Shown here in pieces: positions 18,414 to 28,303 of a DNA stretch of 64,000 nucleotides. Positions within the stretch are counted from its first letter, which is position 1; every line of letters starts with the position of its first letter. The position numbers and the translations under genes were made by a program. The stretch lies in assembly GCA_041752695.1 (NCBI GenBank), contig JBGSVZ010000005.1, positions 32,001-96,000 of the forward strand, given 5' to 3'. The notes beneath the pieces were generated by a model. The model saw nothing but the letters and a program-made list of their open reading frames with translations, did no database searches and was not told the origin of the DNA. Source of the stretch: Terrimicrobiaceae bacterium. GTDB taxonomy: Bacteria; Verrucomicrobiota; Verrucomicrobiia; Chthoniobacterales; Terrimicrobiaceae.

Positions 18414-18974
18414 ATGAGCGAAAATTCTCCCGCAGCTGCCGTTAATGCCCTCTCGCAAAGCCGTGGCTGGTTGATCTTCGGAGGGTTGCTTTCGATCTTC
18501 GTGGGTTTCATGGCGATGAGTTCGCCGGTGTTTTTCTCCGCGTTTATCGTGCAGTTTCTGGGGGCTTTTGCGCTGATCAGCGGCTGTATTTCCCTGGCGC
18601 TCGCGATCTTTAGCAAACATGTCGCCCATCGTGTCCTCGATGCGCTTCTGGCACTCATTCGCATCGCCGCCGGCATCGTCCTGCTGCGCTGCGTTGCCTC
18701 CAGCATCGCCGTGATCACGCTGATCCTCGCCGTTTTTCTCATCATCGAAGGCATTTCCTTCATCATCGGTTCCTTCAAACTCCGCGCGCACAGCGGATGG
18801 GTCTGGACCCTGATCAATGGCATTGCCGCTCTTGTCCTCGGGGTGATGGTTTATTCCCGCTGGCCCTCGGACTCCTGGTGGGTTCTGGGTCTTTTCTACG
18901 GGATCAACTCGATCTTCTGGGGAGTTTCGCTCCTGGCCCTCGGTTTCGGTGCGCCGAAGCAAGCGGCAGCGTAG
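18414..18974 (+). CDS. HdeD/DUF308 family membrane protein
   Basis: About 6 TM segments; RGWLIFGG, GWVWTLINGI, WPSDSWWVLGLFYGINSIFWG. Confidence 0.85.
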   Translation: MSENSPAAAVNALSQSRGWLIFGGLLSIFVGFMAMSSPVFFSAFIVQFLGAFALISGCISLALAIFSKHVAHRVLDALLALIRIAAGIVLLRCVASSIAVITLILAVFLIIEGISFIIGSFKLRAHSGWVWTLINGIAALVLGVMVYSRWPSDSWWVLGLFYGINSIFWGVSLLALGFGAPKQAAA

Positions 18975-19078
18975 CGACGGTATTCTGGGCAGGGTTGGCC
19001 CCGACCACTTTTGAGCGGCGTGGTGTTGCCGCAAGCGTCGGGTGACGGTCAGGCCGTTCTGGAACACGCATCCTGGGA

Positions 19079-19166
19079 TACAAGCGGTTGCCTTCCCGAG
19101 GTCATTCCTTTGAAAAAAGACTTCTTGAATGTAAACCTCGTTTTCTGAAGGATGCAACCGCTTGCA
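19079..19166. promoter_or_regulatory. Pair of LacI-family-like operators upstream of a PEP-CTERM gene
   Basis: TACAAGCGGTTGCC (19079-19092) and TGCAACCGCTTGCA (19153-19166), both with an AAnCGnTT core. Confidence 0.5.
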
Positions 19167-19203
19167 CGAGCAGGTATTTTTTGAGGATTAAAAAATTACG
19201 GCC

Positions 19204-20265
19204 ATGAATCGTCTAAACAAAATCTTTCCATCCATCTTTGTGCGTTCCCTGTTGGTAGGGGCGTGTGTTGTGGTGGGAGGCGTCGCCAACTCTTGGGCGG
19301 TTTTGCCTTTCGTCGTTTCAAACACGACGACGGGAGTACTCGACCCAGTTCATGCGACGTGGACCGGCAATGGAACCGTGCAAAACAATTTGTTTCCTGG
19401 AAACTGGACCAGCACGGCCTCCACAAACAAGGACGTTTTGGCCAATAATTTCTCAACCGGCACGCTGTCGATCAAGCCCGGTTCACTTTATCCCAATCCG
19501 AGGATTTCCACCAACCAGGGAGTGAGTGTTTCTACCTCCCTGACCGGCGGAACGGGAGATCTGGTGATGGTAAATTCGACGAATTTCGATGATAGTGCGA
19601 CGAAGTATAACAGTATCGCGTTGACGGACCTTCAAGGGGTGACATCCATCTCGTTGACGATCAGCTTTGTGCAACCGATTGCCGCGCGTTCCGATTTTAC
19701 GACCCTCAATCTTGATTCCTTCCCCGTAGGAGCCGCTCTGGGTTTGGTGAGCACAGGCTCCGGACTTGCTCTCACCGATTTTAACGTTGCGATGTCTTAC
19801 GGGCAGGTTTATTCGGACGCGAACGACGATGGTGTGTTCATCGGCGGTGTTCCCAGCACCGCGCGTCCGTTAATTTCGGGAGGCTGGGTGGGAACTTCAA
19901 CGACTCCGGTTTACGGCACCCCGGGGGCGACAAGCTTCAATTCGAGCGGATTTACCGGGTTGATTAACGTGCTTGGTGCAGGAGATACGGATTTTCTAAT
20001 GGTCCGCGGATGGGATACGAGCAATAACGGCACCTTTAGTCCTGCAACGGAGGCGGACTTGGTTTACGTTTCGTCGCTCACATGGACGATCACGCCCGAT
20101 GCGGGAAAAACTTTTGCGGCGGGAACAGAATTCACGATTTCCATGGATGGTCAGCAGCATGCCAATCTCAATGCGGTTCCCGAGCCCTCCGCATGGATTC
20201 TCATGGGGGCAACCGGTGTGACCTGCTTGATTCTGCGGCGTCGCGGGGCGCGGCGGGCGGCTTAA
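19204..20265 (+). CDS. PEP-CTERM surface protein, unknown Thr/Ser/Gly-rich domain
   Basis: Signal peptide; C-terminal AVPEPSAW + TM + LRRRG. Confidence 0.85.
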   Translation: MNRLNKIFPSIFVRSLLVGACVVVGGVANSWAVLPFVVSNTTTGVLDPVHATWTGNGTVQNNLFPGNWTSTASTNKDVLANNFSTGTLSIKPGSLYPNPRISTNQGVSVSTSLTGGTGDLVMVNSTNFDDSATKYNSIALTDLQGVTSISLTISFVQPIAARSDFTTLNLDSFPVGAALGLVSTGSGLALTDFNVAMSYGQVYSDANDDGVFIGGVPSTARPLISGGWVGTSTTPVYGTPGATSFNSSGFTGLINVLGAGDTDFLMVRGWDTSNNGTFSPATEADLVYVSSLTWTITPDAGKTFAAGTEFTISMDGQQHANLNAVPEPSAWILMGATGVTCLILRRRGARRAA

Positions 20266-20331
20266 TTCGCTGAACGCGGATTCGTTTCTCGTGATGTTTC
20301 CTGGGAACGACCTTGGTCGAAAGCTCCCTTG

Positions 20332-20862
20332 CTAGTTTTCCGTTAATTTAACGCTCGCCGCGGCAAGCGCGTTCGCCAGGTCCCGCTGGCGCAGGACGGG
20401 GAATCGCGCGAAGAGGAGGGTTTCAGTCGGCCCCCACAGACTCACCCAGGCGACGATGATCAGGCTCTCGCTCAGAATGGTGAAAAGACGACCGTCCCCC
20501 AAAAGCAGCACCGCCTCGCTGATGGCAATTAAGAGGGCCACCGCCAGGAGGGCGAGAACGAACGTCCAGCGGCCTTTGTAGGCGATCGTGCGCAGGTCTT
20601 CGCGGCATTCCGCCAGCTCGCTGCGAAAGTGGGCTTGAATGGCCGTTTCGACCTCCGCCTGCCGTCCCCGGTCGGCGGCAGGGACGGTGATTTCGATTCG
20701 AAAAGCTGAGCGCCGCGGATGCTCGGCGGCCTCCGCCCGGATGGCTCTGGCGACTTCGGGGTGGATACCAGGCCCGGCCATCGGCGAATGACCGAGATCG
20801 AGCAAACGATCAACCGAATGGACGGCAAGGTGAAGGGTGATTTCGGACGCGGGAGCGCTCAA
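20332..20862 (-). CDS. Hypothetical membrane protein with 2 C-terminal TM segments
   Basis: TTG start overlaps the SLC13 stop; ESLIIVAWVSLWGP motif. Confidence 0.7.
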   Translation of the reverse strand: MSAPASEITLHLAVHSVDRLLDLGHSPMAGPGIHPEVARAIRAEAAEHPRRSAFRIEITVPAADRGRQAEVETAIQAHFRSELAECREDLRTIAYKGRWTFVLALLAVALLIAISEAVLLLGDGRLFTILSESLIIVAWVSLWGPTETLLFARFPVLRQRDLANALAAASVKLTEN

Positions 20863-22700
20863 GGATAGAGGGGAAAAAGAATCGGCACGAGCAGGATACA
20901 GATGAGCAGAACAACGATGGTAAAGGGCACGCCCATTTTCACAAAGTCGCCGAAGGAATAGCGGCCCGGCGCCAGCACCAGCGTGTTCACGGGTGACGAG
21001 ATCGGCGTCATGAAAGCCGCCGAGGCGGCGATTGCAACGGTCATCGCAAAAGGATAGGGCGATGCACCGAGATGGTAGGCGGTGCTCAACGCAATCGGTG
21101 CCATGAGGATGGCGGTGGCAGTGTTGGAAATGAACATGCCGATGAGAGCGGTGAGGATGAAAAGACTGCCCAGCACGACGCGCGGGCCCGCCCCGCCGAC
21201 CACGCTCAGGAGCCCGTCTACCGCAAGGTCGATACCACCCGTGCGATCCAAGGCGGTTGCAAAGGGCATCACGCCGACAATGAGAAGGAGGATTGGCCAG
21301 TGGATCGATTTGTAGGCGTTATCCATGTCGATGCATTTGAAAACCCCCATAAGCAGGCAACCGATGATGGCGGCAATCACGTTGGGGACGATGCCGGTGA
21401 CCATCAGAACGATCATGACGCCCAGGCTGAACAGCGCATAGGGAGCCTGACTCTGGGCCGGGGCGACCTTGTCGATTTCGGCCGGAAGACCGAGCACCAA
21501 AAAATCCTGCGGCTGGGATTGGAGTTGGCGCACTGCGTTCCAGGTGCCAATGACGAGGAGCGTATCGCCGGCTTTGAGCTTTTCTTCGAGGATGGCTCCC
21601 GACTGCGCGACGTTTGCGCGACGCAGCCCGATGACACTCAGGCGGTGAACGCGGCGAAAGCCCACCTGAATAATGGTTTTCCCGATCAAGCTGGAGTCTG
21701 GCGGAATTAGGATTTCCGCCATGCCGACGTCGCGCGATTGATCGGTAAAATATTGTCCACGCAGCGGAAGGGGCTCGAGGCCGAACTCGCGCAAACTGGC
21801 GGCCGGATCATGGTCGGGATTCGCGGGGACATCGACCAGCAGGACGTCGCCGACTTGCAGCACCGTTTCTGCGGACGGCTGGAGAACCTCGGTGCGAAAT
21901 TTTCCCCGGCGTTCGATGCCGACTACGCTGGCCTTGCTCGGTCGCCGGGCCTTTACATCGCGCAAAGTCAGACCGATGAGCGAGGAATCGGGCTGAATGC
22001 GAAGGCGGTGTTCGCGGCCGGCCAGACTGTAGTCCTTGATGAAGTCGAGGAGATTCCGACGGGTGGAATTCGCGGTCTCGGCCCCTTCGTTCGAGGAACG
22101 CAGCCAGCGCCTGGCGAAAAGCATGTAGAGGATACCGCTGATGACAATCACGAGCCCGATCGGAGTGAAGCTGAAAAAGCTGAATCCCCCGAAACCGTCG
22201 TTGGTCAGGGCACTGTCCACCACCATGTTGGGCGCCGTGGCGACCAATGTGAGCATGCCGCTCATCAGTCCGGCAAAACTCAGCGGCATCATCAGACGGC
22301 CTGGCGAGATCCGCAGGCGCTCGGCCAGGCTGAGCGCCACCGGAATAAAGATGGCGACTACTCCCGTGGAACTCATCACCGAGCCAAGACCGGCCACCGC
22401 GGCCATGAGCAGGGCGATGAGTTTTGCCTCACTGTCGCCAGCTTTTTTGATGAGCAAGTCGCTGAGTTGGTAAGCAATTCCGGTGCGCGCCAGACCTGCG
22501 CCAATGACGAACAACGCCGCAATGAGCAGGATGTTCGCGTCGCTGAAACCTGCCAGGGCTTCGGGCACGGTGACAATGCCGCAGAGGGGCAGGATGACAA
22601 TGACCAGCAGAGCAACGACATCCATGCGGGGCTTGTTGATGACAAACATGCCGATGCAGGCGGCCAGGAGGCCAAGGACGAGAAGGAGTTCAGCGTTCAT
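20859..22700 (-). CDS. SLC13 family permease with two TrkA-C (RCK_C) domains
   Basis: LMMPLSFA..GMLTLVAT, FISNTATA, AFMTPISSPVN, GRYSFGDF; central soluble domains. Confidence 0.9.
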   Translation of the reverse strand: MNAELLLVLGLLAACIGMFVINKPRMDVVALLVIVILPLCGIVTVPEALAGFSDANILLIAALFVIGAGLARTGIAYQLSDLLIKKAGDSEAKLIALLMAAVAGLGSVMSSTGVVAIFIPVALSLAERLRISPGRLMMPLSFAGLMSGMLTLVATAPNMVVDSALTNDGFGGFSFFSFTPIGLVIVISGILYMLFARRWLRSSNEGAETANSTRRNLLDFIKDYSLAGREHRLRIQPDSSLIGLTLRDVKARRPSKASVVGIERRGKFRTEVLQPSAETVLQVGDVLLVDVPANPDHDPAASLREFGLEPLPLRGQYFTDQSRDVGMAEILIPPDSSLIGKTIIQVGFRRVHRLSVIGLRRANVAQSGAILEEKLKAGDTLLVIGTWNAVRQLQSQPQDFLVLGLPAEIDKVAPAQSQAPYALFSLGVMIVLMVTGIVPNVIAAIIGCLLMGVFKCIDMDNAYKSIHWPILLLIVGVMPFATALDRTGGIDLAVDGLLSVVGGAGPRVVLGSLFILTALIGMFISNTATAILMAPIALSTAYHLGASPYPFAMTVAIAASAAFMTPISSPVNTLVLAPGRYSFGDFVKMGVPFTIVVLLICILLVPILFPLYP

Positions 22701-23050
22701 GAGAAAAGTGGACGGTTTTCGGCCGGAAAATGCGGGGGAAAAGCGGATGGGTCGAAAATCACCCGCGCATGGTCGCGATCATCCCGAGATCAGCAAGCCG
22801 ATTTTTTTCTATCCCCAAACATGATCACAAAAATTCCGCGATCTTGTGAGAGTGAGTCGGCTTTCGCGTTATAATGTGCTCGGGGTCAGTGGGTTATGAG
22901 GAAAAGTTGGCGCCGAAAAAAATGCGACAAATTTTTGAACAGCCGGGGGGGAGGTCTGTCTAATTAATTAACTGCATTAAATACCTTTCACTTTTTTAGA
23001 ACCCAACCCCCTTTCCCATCCGTTTCATAAATAGGAGAACATATAATATC

Positions 23051-23896
23051 ATGGCCTTGGAAGACAACGAAACTGGTTTTCAGCTTTACCTGAGGGAGAT
23101 CGCAAAATTCCCCCTTTTGACCCCTGCACAGGAGGTGAAGCTGGCGCGTAAAATTAAAAAGGGCGATCAGGCGGCTCGTTCCGAAATGGTTCGTTCGAAC
23201 CTGCGGCTCGTGGTGAAAATCGCGAGGGATTACGCCAATCTCGGGCTGCCTTTGCTCGACCTGATTTCCGAGGGGAACATCGGCCTGATGAAGGCGGTGG
23301 AGCGTTTTGATCCGAAAAAAGGCGGCAAGTTGAGCACTTACGCCGCGTGGTGGATCAAGCAGTCGATCAAGCGCGCTCTGGCCAACCAGAGCAAGACGAT
23401 CCGCTTGCCCGTTCATCTCGTGGACAAGATCGCCAAGATGCGCCGGGTTTCGATGCAGATGACCGAGGAACTGGGCCGCGAACCCACCGATGATGAGTTG
23501 GCGGAGGAGATCGGCCTTGTGCCCTCCAAGGTCACCCAGCTGAAGAGCGCGGCGATCCGCCCGGCTTCGCTGGACCAACCCATCGGTGACGACGACTCCA
23601 CGGAGTTCGGAGAAATCGTGGGCGACGAAGAAGCGGACGATCCGTTTGAAACCCTCCGCGACAAGGACATGCGTGAGGAAGTGGGCGAATTGCTCGATAT
23701 TTTGGACGATCGCGAACGCCGCATCATCAATTCCCGCTTTGGTCTGGATGGGCAGAAGCCGAAGACCCTGGAGGAAGTGGGTGAAAAGTTTGGAGTGACC
23801 CGCGAGCGCATCCGCCAGTTGCAAAACATTGCGCTGCACAAGCTGCGCAAGGCGCTGAGCAAGAAGGAGCGTCCGCGAGTCGAAGCTTTGGTATAG
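23051..23896 (+). CDS. Sigma-70 family RNA polymerase sigma factor, RpoD/RpoS-like, lacking region 1.1
   Basis: YLREI, NLRLVVKIA, DLISEGNIGL, STYAAWWIKQ, TLEEVG..TRERIRQ; AGGAG RBS. Confidence 0.93.
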   Translation: MALEDNETGFQLYLREIAKFPLLTPAQEVKLARKIKKGDQAARSEMVRSNLRLVVKIARDYANLGLPLLDLISEGNIGLMKAVERFDPKKGGKLSTYAAWWIKQSIKRALANQSKTIRLPVHLVDKIAKMRRVSMQMTEELGREPTDDELAEEIGLVPSKVTQLKSAAIRPASLDQPIGDDDSTEFGEIVGDEEADDPFETLRDKDMREEVGELLDILDDRERRIINSRFGLDGQKPKTLEEVGEKFGVTRERIRQLQNIALHKLRKALSKKERPRVEALV

Positions 23897-23918
23897 GTAG
23901 GTTAGGTTGAATGGAGGT

Positions 23919-23952
23919 GAAGGGGTCGCGCAGGCGACCCCTTCCTCTTTTT
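23919..23952 (+). terminator. Rho-independent terminator after the sigma factor gene
   Basis: GAAGGGGTCGC-GCAG-GCGACCCCTTC hairpin followed by CTCTTTTT. Confidence 0.75.
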
Positions 23953-24003
23953 CCAGGGTGGTGAATTTTGCGCCCCGCGTAGACTTCCCCCCGTATCCCT
24001 CCC

Positions 24004-25407
24004 GTGAAGACTGCCATCCATTGGTTCCGGCGCGATCTGCGCATCACCGATAATACCGCGCTGGGCCAGTGCGCTTCCCGTGCCGCCGAAGTGGTGCCGG
24101 TTTACATCCTGAGCGAGTGGACAATCGCCCACCGATGGACGGGATCGCACCGCCAGGAATTTCTTTGCGGCAGTCTTGAGGCGTTAGCCAAAAATCTCTC
24201 GGCGATCGGAGGCCGTCTTTTGATTCGCCAAGGCAATCCGATTGAGGAATTGGTGGCGCTCGCCCGCGAGACGGGTGCTGGAGCGATCTATTTTAACCGG
24301 GACCCCGACCCGTTCGGTCGCGCGGTGGAGGAGAAACTTCTCCAGGCCGGACAAGAGCTGGGCCTGGAGGTCGTCGCTTGCAAAGACATCTGCATCCACG
24401 AGCGGGTGGAGGTACTGACGGGATCCGGCGATCCTTTTCGCGTTTTCACCCCCTACGCCAAAGCTTGGGCTAAACTCCCGAAGATCGATCCCGTCGGGCG
24501 GCCGCGGAAACTGGTGACTCCCGGCCACGTCAAATCCCTCGAACTTCCCTCCCTCGCCACATGGGGCTTGAGGGCTGAGGGCCGGATTGTGGCGCCGGGA
24601 GAAAAGGCGGCGAGAGAGCGGCTGGGGAACTTTCTGGGAAATGCCCTGGCTTCCTACGGGGCTAAGCGGGACTTTCCCGCGGCGGACTCGACGTCCCGTC
24701 TTTCTCAGGACCTGCGTTGGGGATTGCTTTCCACTCGCGAGGTTTTTACCCGCAGCGAAAAGCGGGTGGGGGAACTCCCCGCGGCTGATCGGTCGAATGC
24801 CATGAAGTTTATCTCCGAGCTGATCTGGCGAGAGTTTTATCTCAACATCCTCTGGCATTTTCCCCAGGTGCTGGACACGGAGTTTAATCCCAAATTTCGC
24901 GGCATGGTGTGGCCGGGGAGTCAGGAAAATTTTCATCGTTGGGAAGCGGGGGAAACAGGCTTTCCCATCGTGGACGCCGCCATGCGCGAGTTAAACGAGA
25001 CGGGTTTTATGCATAACCGCGCGCGGATGATCACGGCGATGTTTTTGACGAAAGACCTCCACCTCGACTGGCGCCTCGGGGAACGTTATTTCCTGCAGAA
25101 ACTCACCGACGGAGACATCGCCAGCAACAATGGCGGCTGGCAATGGAGCGCGGGGACAGGAGCGGATGCGGCTCCCTACTTTCGGATTCAAAATCCCTGG
25201 ACGCAGACCCGGCGGTACGACCCTGAGGGAACCTACATCCGTCGATGGTTGCCGGAACTACGGGATGTGCCGACGGAACGCTTCTTTGAGCCACCGGCGG
25301 TGGGTCGGCTGGTGGCCCAATATCCGCCGCCCGTCGTCGATCACGCTCTCGCGCGGGAGAAGACGCTCGAGCTTTTCGCCGTGCAGAAGGAGATGGTGGG
25401 GAGTTAG
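24004..25407 (+). CDS. phrB: Deoxyribodipyrimidine photo-lyase (CPD photolyase)
   Basis: WFRRDLRITDN, TSRLS, ELIWREFY, GFMHNRARM, NNGGWQW. Confidence 0.92.
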   Translation: MKTAIHWFRRDLRITDNTALGQCASRAAEVVPVYILSEWTIAHRWTGSHRQEFLCGSLEALAKNLSAIGGRLLIRQGNPIEELVALARETGAGAIYFNRDPDPFGRAVEEKLLQAGQELGLEVVACKDICIHERVEVLTGSGDPFRVFTPYAKAWAKLPKIDPVGRPRKLVTPGHVKSLELPSLATWGLRAEGRIVAPGEKAARERLGNFLGNALASYGAKRDFPAADSTSRLSQDLRWGLLSTREVFTRSEKRVGELPAADRSNAMKFISELIWREFYLNILWHFPQVLDTEFNPKFRGMVWPGSQENFHRWEAGETGFPIVDAAMRELNETGFMHNRARMITAMFLTKDLHLDWRLGERYFLQKLTDGDIASNNGGWQWSAGTGADAAPYFRIQNPWTQTRRYDPEGTYIRRWLPELRDVPTERFFEPPAVGRLVAQYPPPVVDHALAREKTLELFAVQKEMVGS

Positions 25408-25441
25408 GGCGGCTTCGATGGCGCGATAGACGCGGTTTAAT

Positions 25442-26440
25442 TCAGGGAAGCCGGACCTCCAGGAGCACGGTGTGACTGACGCGCCCGCCAGGCCACCACG
25501 GAACGAGCCGCGGCGACAGATGTTCAAATTCCAAGAGCGGGAAAGCATCCGCACCCAGGTAAATTTGCGAGTCGTAGGGTCCGTCGGGACGGTTCCTGGC
25601 TTTCCCCTGAATTCGCCCGGGATGTAGTCGCAATTCCCCGTCGGGCCACCGGGCGGAAAGTGTCTGGGTGGGAAATCCCAGCTTTTCCTCTTCGGGCATT
25701 CTGCGCAGCAAAAGGGTTTTGCCGGTGGAAGTCGCGTGCGGTGGCAGGGCAAAGTCCGTTTCGGTCGTGGGACGTGGTCCGATGGGCAGACGGACAAATC
25801 CGCGCGGCGCCGATTTTGCGGGTTTGGGGGAGGCTTCGAAGACTGCTCCCTTGGCGAGCTGAAAGATTTGCATGGACTGATGTCCCCTCGGGCTGCGTTC
25901 CTGCCAGGAGACTTTGCATTCCAGTAACCCCTCTTTCTGCCAGCGATACGAACGTCGGATGGCGATTTCTTTGCCCGATTTTGCGGAAGTTTCGAGTTCC
26001 AAAATGCCCCCGCGATTTGGTTTCACCCACTGCGCGGCTGTCATTTCCCAATTCGCGGGCGGGGGCCAGAAGGGATGCCATTCTGTTTGCGGACCGAGCC
26101 AGACCCTATGGCCCCCGAGTTGCAGGGGGTCCGCCGGGTCTGACGGACTGTTGAGAAAGTTAGGTCCCTCTCGGGGGCCCAGAAACGAAAGTCGCCCCCG
26201 GGCAGGATCCACCTCCGCCCTGAGATTGCCGGAGTCCGCACGCCAGACGATCCGGCCCTGAGCGAGGGTGGAGTACCATTTCCCAGGAGTGGCACATCCA
26301 ACCAGACAGAACGCCAAGATGAGGAACGAGGCGAATCGCGTCGCAGGGATGTTCCCGGGAGTCGATCCGGAGCCAAGTCTCCCGAGTCGCATCCGACGAA
26401 TCAAGGGATTGGATGATTTTCCTGTCGGAGGGAAAATCAT
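25442..26440 (-). CDS. Putative lipoprotein, DUF4380-like beta-sandwich
   Basis: Lipobox LVGC; GGHRVWLGPQ..W..WPP and LLEFEHLSP motifs. Start uncertain. Confidence 0.6.
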   Translation of the reverse strand: MIFPPTGKSSNPLIRRMRLGRLGSGSTPGNIPATRFASFLILAFCLVGCATPGKWYSTLAQGRIVWRADSGNLRAEVDPARGRLSFLGPREGPNFLNSPSDPADPLQLGGHRVWLGPQTEWHPFWPPPANWEMTAAQWVKPNRGGILELETSAKSGKEIAIRRSYRWQKEGLLECKVSWQERSPRGHQSMQIFQLAKGAVFEASPKPAKSAPRGFVRLPIGPRPTTETDFALPPHATSTGKTLLLRRMPEEEKLGFPTQTLSARWPDGELRLHPGRIQGKARNRPDGPYDSQIYLGADAFPLLEFEHLSPRLVPWWPGGRVSHTVLLEVRLP

Positions 26441-26449
26441 GATCGTGAA

Positions 26450-27193
26450 CTAAGTGCCGGGTCCGGCGACCGCGTTCCGTCTTTGCACCGTGCCTTGCGC
26501 GAAAGAACGGACACTGCCGTCGAGCATCAGGGTATTTGTACTCTTTTTGGGATGATGATAGGAGAGCCCTCCGTGATGGCCATCCGTAGAGTCAATGAAG
26601 GTGTCCGGACTAACGGTCGATGTGAGGGCAAAATCGTTGGGAAAATAGAGGCTGACTTCCGCCAGATTTTTATTCGCGGGATTCTGGACTCCATCCGCCA
26701 CCAAGACGACTTCGGAGGGTTTTGCCACCCGCACTTTTCGGATGCGGTAGTTCGCGTCCTCAGCCCCCAGCCGAACATGCATCGAGTAGGTGGACACCCA
26801 GTCTCCGCTGGCTTGGGTTTGAGGCTTCAGCCGGGCGTCAGGACAGACCCAGGTGGTCGCGCGTTGATTTGCACTCTGAAGATAAGGCGTGAGGCGTTGC
26901 ACCCAGGTTTGGGTTCCGTCGGCATCCTTGCTGGTTGTCCAGTGGATCGGGAGTTGGTCGTCATTCGAGGCGGCATAGGCATGCATCGCGATTCCGATCT
27001 GGCGCAGGTTCGAGACGCAGCGGACGGAGTTTGCGGACTTTGTCAATTTGTTGACGGCGGGCACAAGCAGAGCGGCAAGAACGCCCACGATGCCAACCAC
27101 TGCGAGGAGCTCCACCAAGGTGAAGCCTGCGCAAGATATCCGCCGAGCCTGTTGGCGAAGAGGGGGCGTGGGGTTTGTGAGGTATGCGATCAT
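26450..27193 (-). CDS. Prepilin-type N-terminal cleavage/methylation protein with H-X9-DG-like C-terminus
   Basis: GFTLVELLAVVGIVGVLAALLVPA, CVSNLRQIG, C-terminal HHPKKSTNTLMLDGSV. Confidence 0.88.
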   Translation of the reverse strand: MIAYLTNPTPPLRQQARRISCAGFTLVELLAVVGIVGVLAALLVPAVNKLTKSANSVRCVSNLRQIGIAMHAYAASNDDQLPIHWTTSKDADGTQTWVQRLTPYLQSANQRATTWVCPDARLKPQTQASGDWVSTYSMHVRLGAEDANYRIRKVRVAKPSEVVLVADGVQNPANKNLAEVSLYFPNDFALTSTVSPDTFIDSTDGHHGGLSYHHPKKSTNTLMLDGSVRSFAQGTVQRRNAVAGPGT

Positions 27194-27312
27194 AGGGGAT
27201 TTGATCAAGGGGTGAGATCCTTGAATCGTTGTTACCTTACCCTAGCTTCGAAAATTTGGAAATTGATGAAACGTTCGCTTTTATAGGATTCGTTCAGGAC
27301 GCGTCTGCGCAT

Positions 27313-28185
27313 TTAGCGGATTTCCATATGTTCGTGGCGATAGTTTAACGGGGTCTTTCCGAGGTGGGTCTTGAAGGAGGCGCAGAAGGCGGAGCTGCTG
27401 CTAAAACCGGCCTTCTTGGCGACCTCGGACACCGGTAATCGTGTTTCGCGCAATAGGCGCATAGCCTCTTCGAAACGGGCATGGCGCAGCACTTCGCTGG
27501 GATTGCGTCTCCAAATCGTTTTTAGACGCCGGGAGAGATAGGAACGGGAATATCCCATGCGGTCCGCAAATTCCTTTACCGATCCGTGGCTCATCGGAAT
27601 GAGCCCGGGAAAATTTGCGCTGAGATTGACAAGTTGCGGAGGACCAGGCCTGGTGTCCTCACAGGAGGCCCACCAGGAATTCAGCCAGCGATACGCCAGG
27701 ACGGACCAGAACCGCGCGGTGCGAACCGGCTGCTGCCGCACCATTTTGCAGAAGCGCTGCGCGCCCCGTACGGCAGCGCAATCTGGTGGAAGCGACTGGA
27801 GCGAGCCGAACTGCTGCACGACGTAATCAAAAAGCCCGAAGGCGGCGTCACCGGTGAACCCAATATAAATGCGCCGCCATGGCAGCCCTTGTCGGTGATA
27901 AACCAGCGTGCCGGGCGCGGGTTGGCGAACGGCCAGGGCCTGTCCGGGACCGACTCTTAGCTTTTGATCGCCCTGCTCATACTCGACAAAACCTTCAATC
28001 GTGTAGATCCACATTCCCTGCGGCGCGAGTGCCTGCAAGAAAAACGGGTTGGGCGGGCGCATCGTTTCCTCCACGTCGTCGGAACAACAAAGCACCCGGC
28101 AGATGGGACCGTGCCAGTCCGGTGCTTCGGGAACAAGTGTCGCCTCCTTAAGGGCGCTTGCGTTCTGGGGAAAATTCCTGCGCAT
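27313..28185 (-). CDS. AraC family transcriptional regulator
   Basis: C-terminal double HTH: MGYSRSYLSR...VSEVAKKAGFSSSSAFCASFK..GKTPLNYR. Confidence 0.88.
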   Translation of the reverse strand: MRRNFPQNASALKEATLVPEAPDWHGPICRVLCCSDDVEETMRPPNPFFLQALAPQGMWIYTIEGFVEYEQGDQKLRVGPGQALAVRQPAPGTLVYHRQGLPWRRIYIGFTGDAAFGLFDYVVQQFGSLQSLPPDCAAVRGAQRFCKMVRQQPVRTARFWSVLAYRWLNSWWASCEDTRPGPPQLVNLSANFPGLIPMSHGSVKEFADRMGYSRSYLSRRLKTIWRRNPSEVLRHARFEEAMRLLRETRLPVSEVAKKAGFSSSSAFCASFKTHLGKTPLNYRHEHMEIR

Positions 28186-28303
28186 GCCGGTAACCGTAAC
28201 AGAGGAAGCTTGGCTGTGTCGAGACGGCGTAGCACGAAATCACAATTTCCGAACGAAATCTGCATTTCAGTTTGGCGGCATTGGGGCGAAAGTCCTCGTC
28301 AGA

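Noticed and set aside
16982..18823. 613-aa minus-strand ORF
   Set aside because: Antisense to the porin and HdeD genes.
22701..23050. AT-rich 350-bp gap as a possible ncRNA
   Set aside because: No structured motif recognised; adequately explained as divergent promoters (TATAAT at 22870-22875, AGGAG RBS).
23051..25407. Sigma factor-photolyase operon as a light-stress module
   Set aside because: A strong intrinsic terminator at 23919-23952 separates them; only adjacency supports a link.
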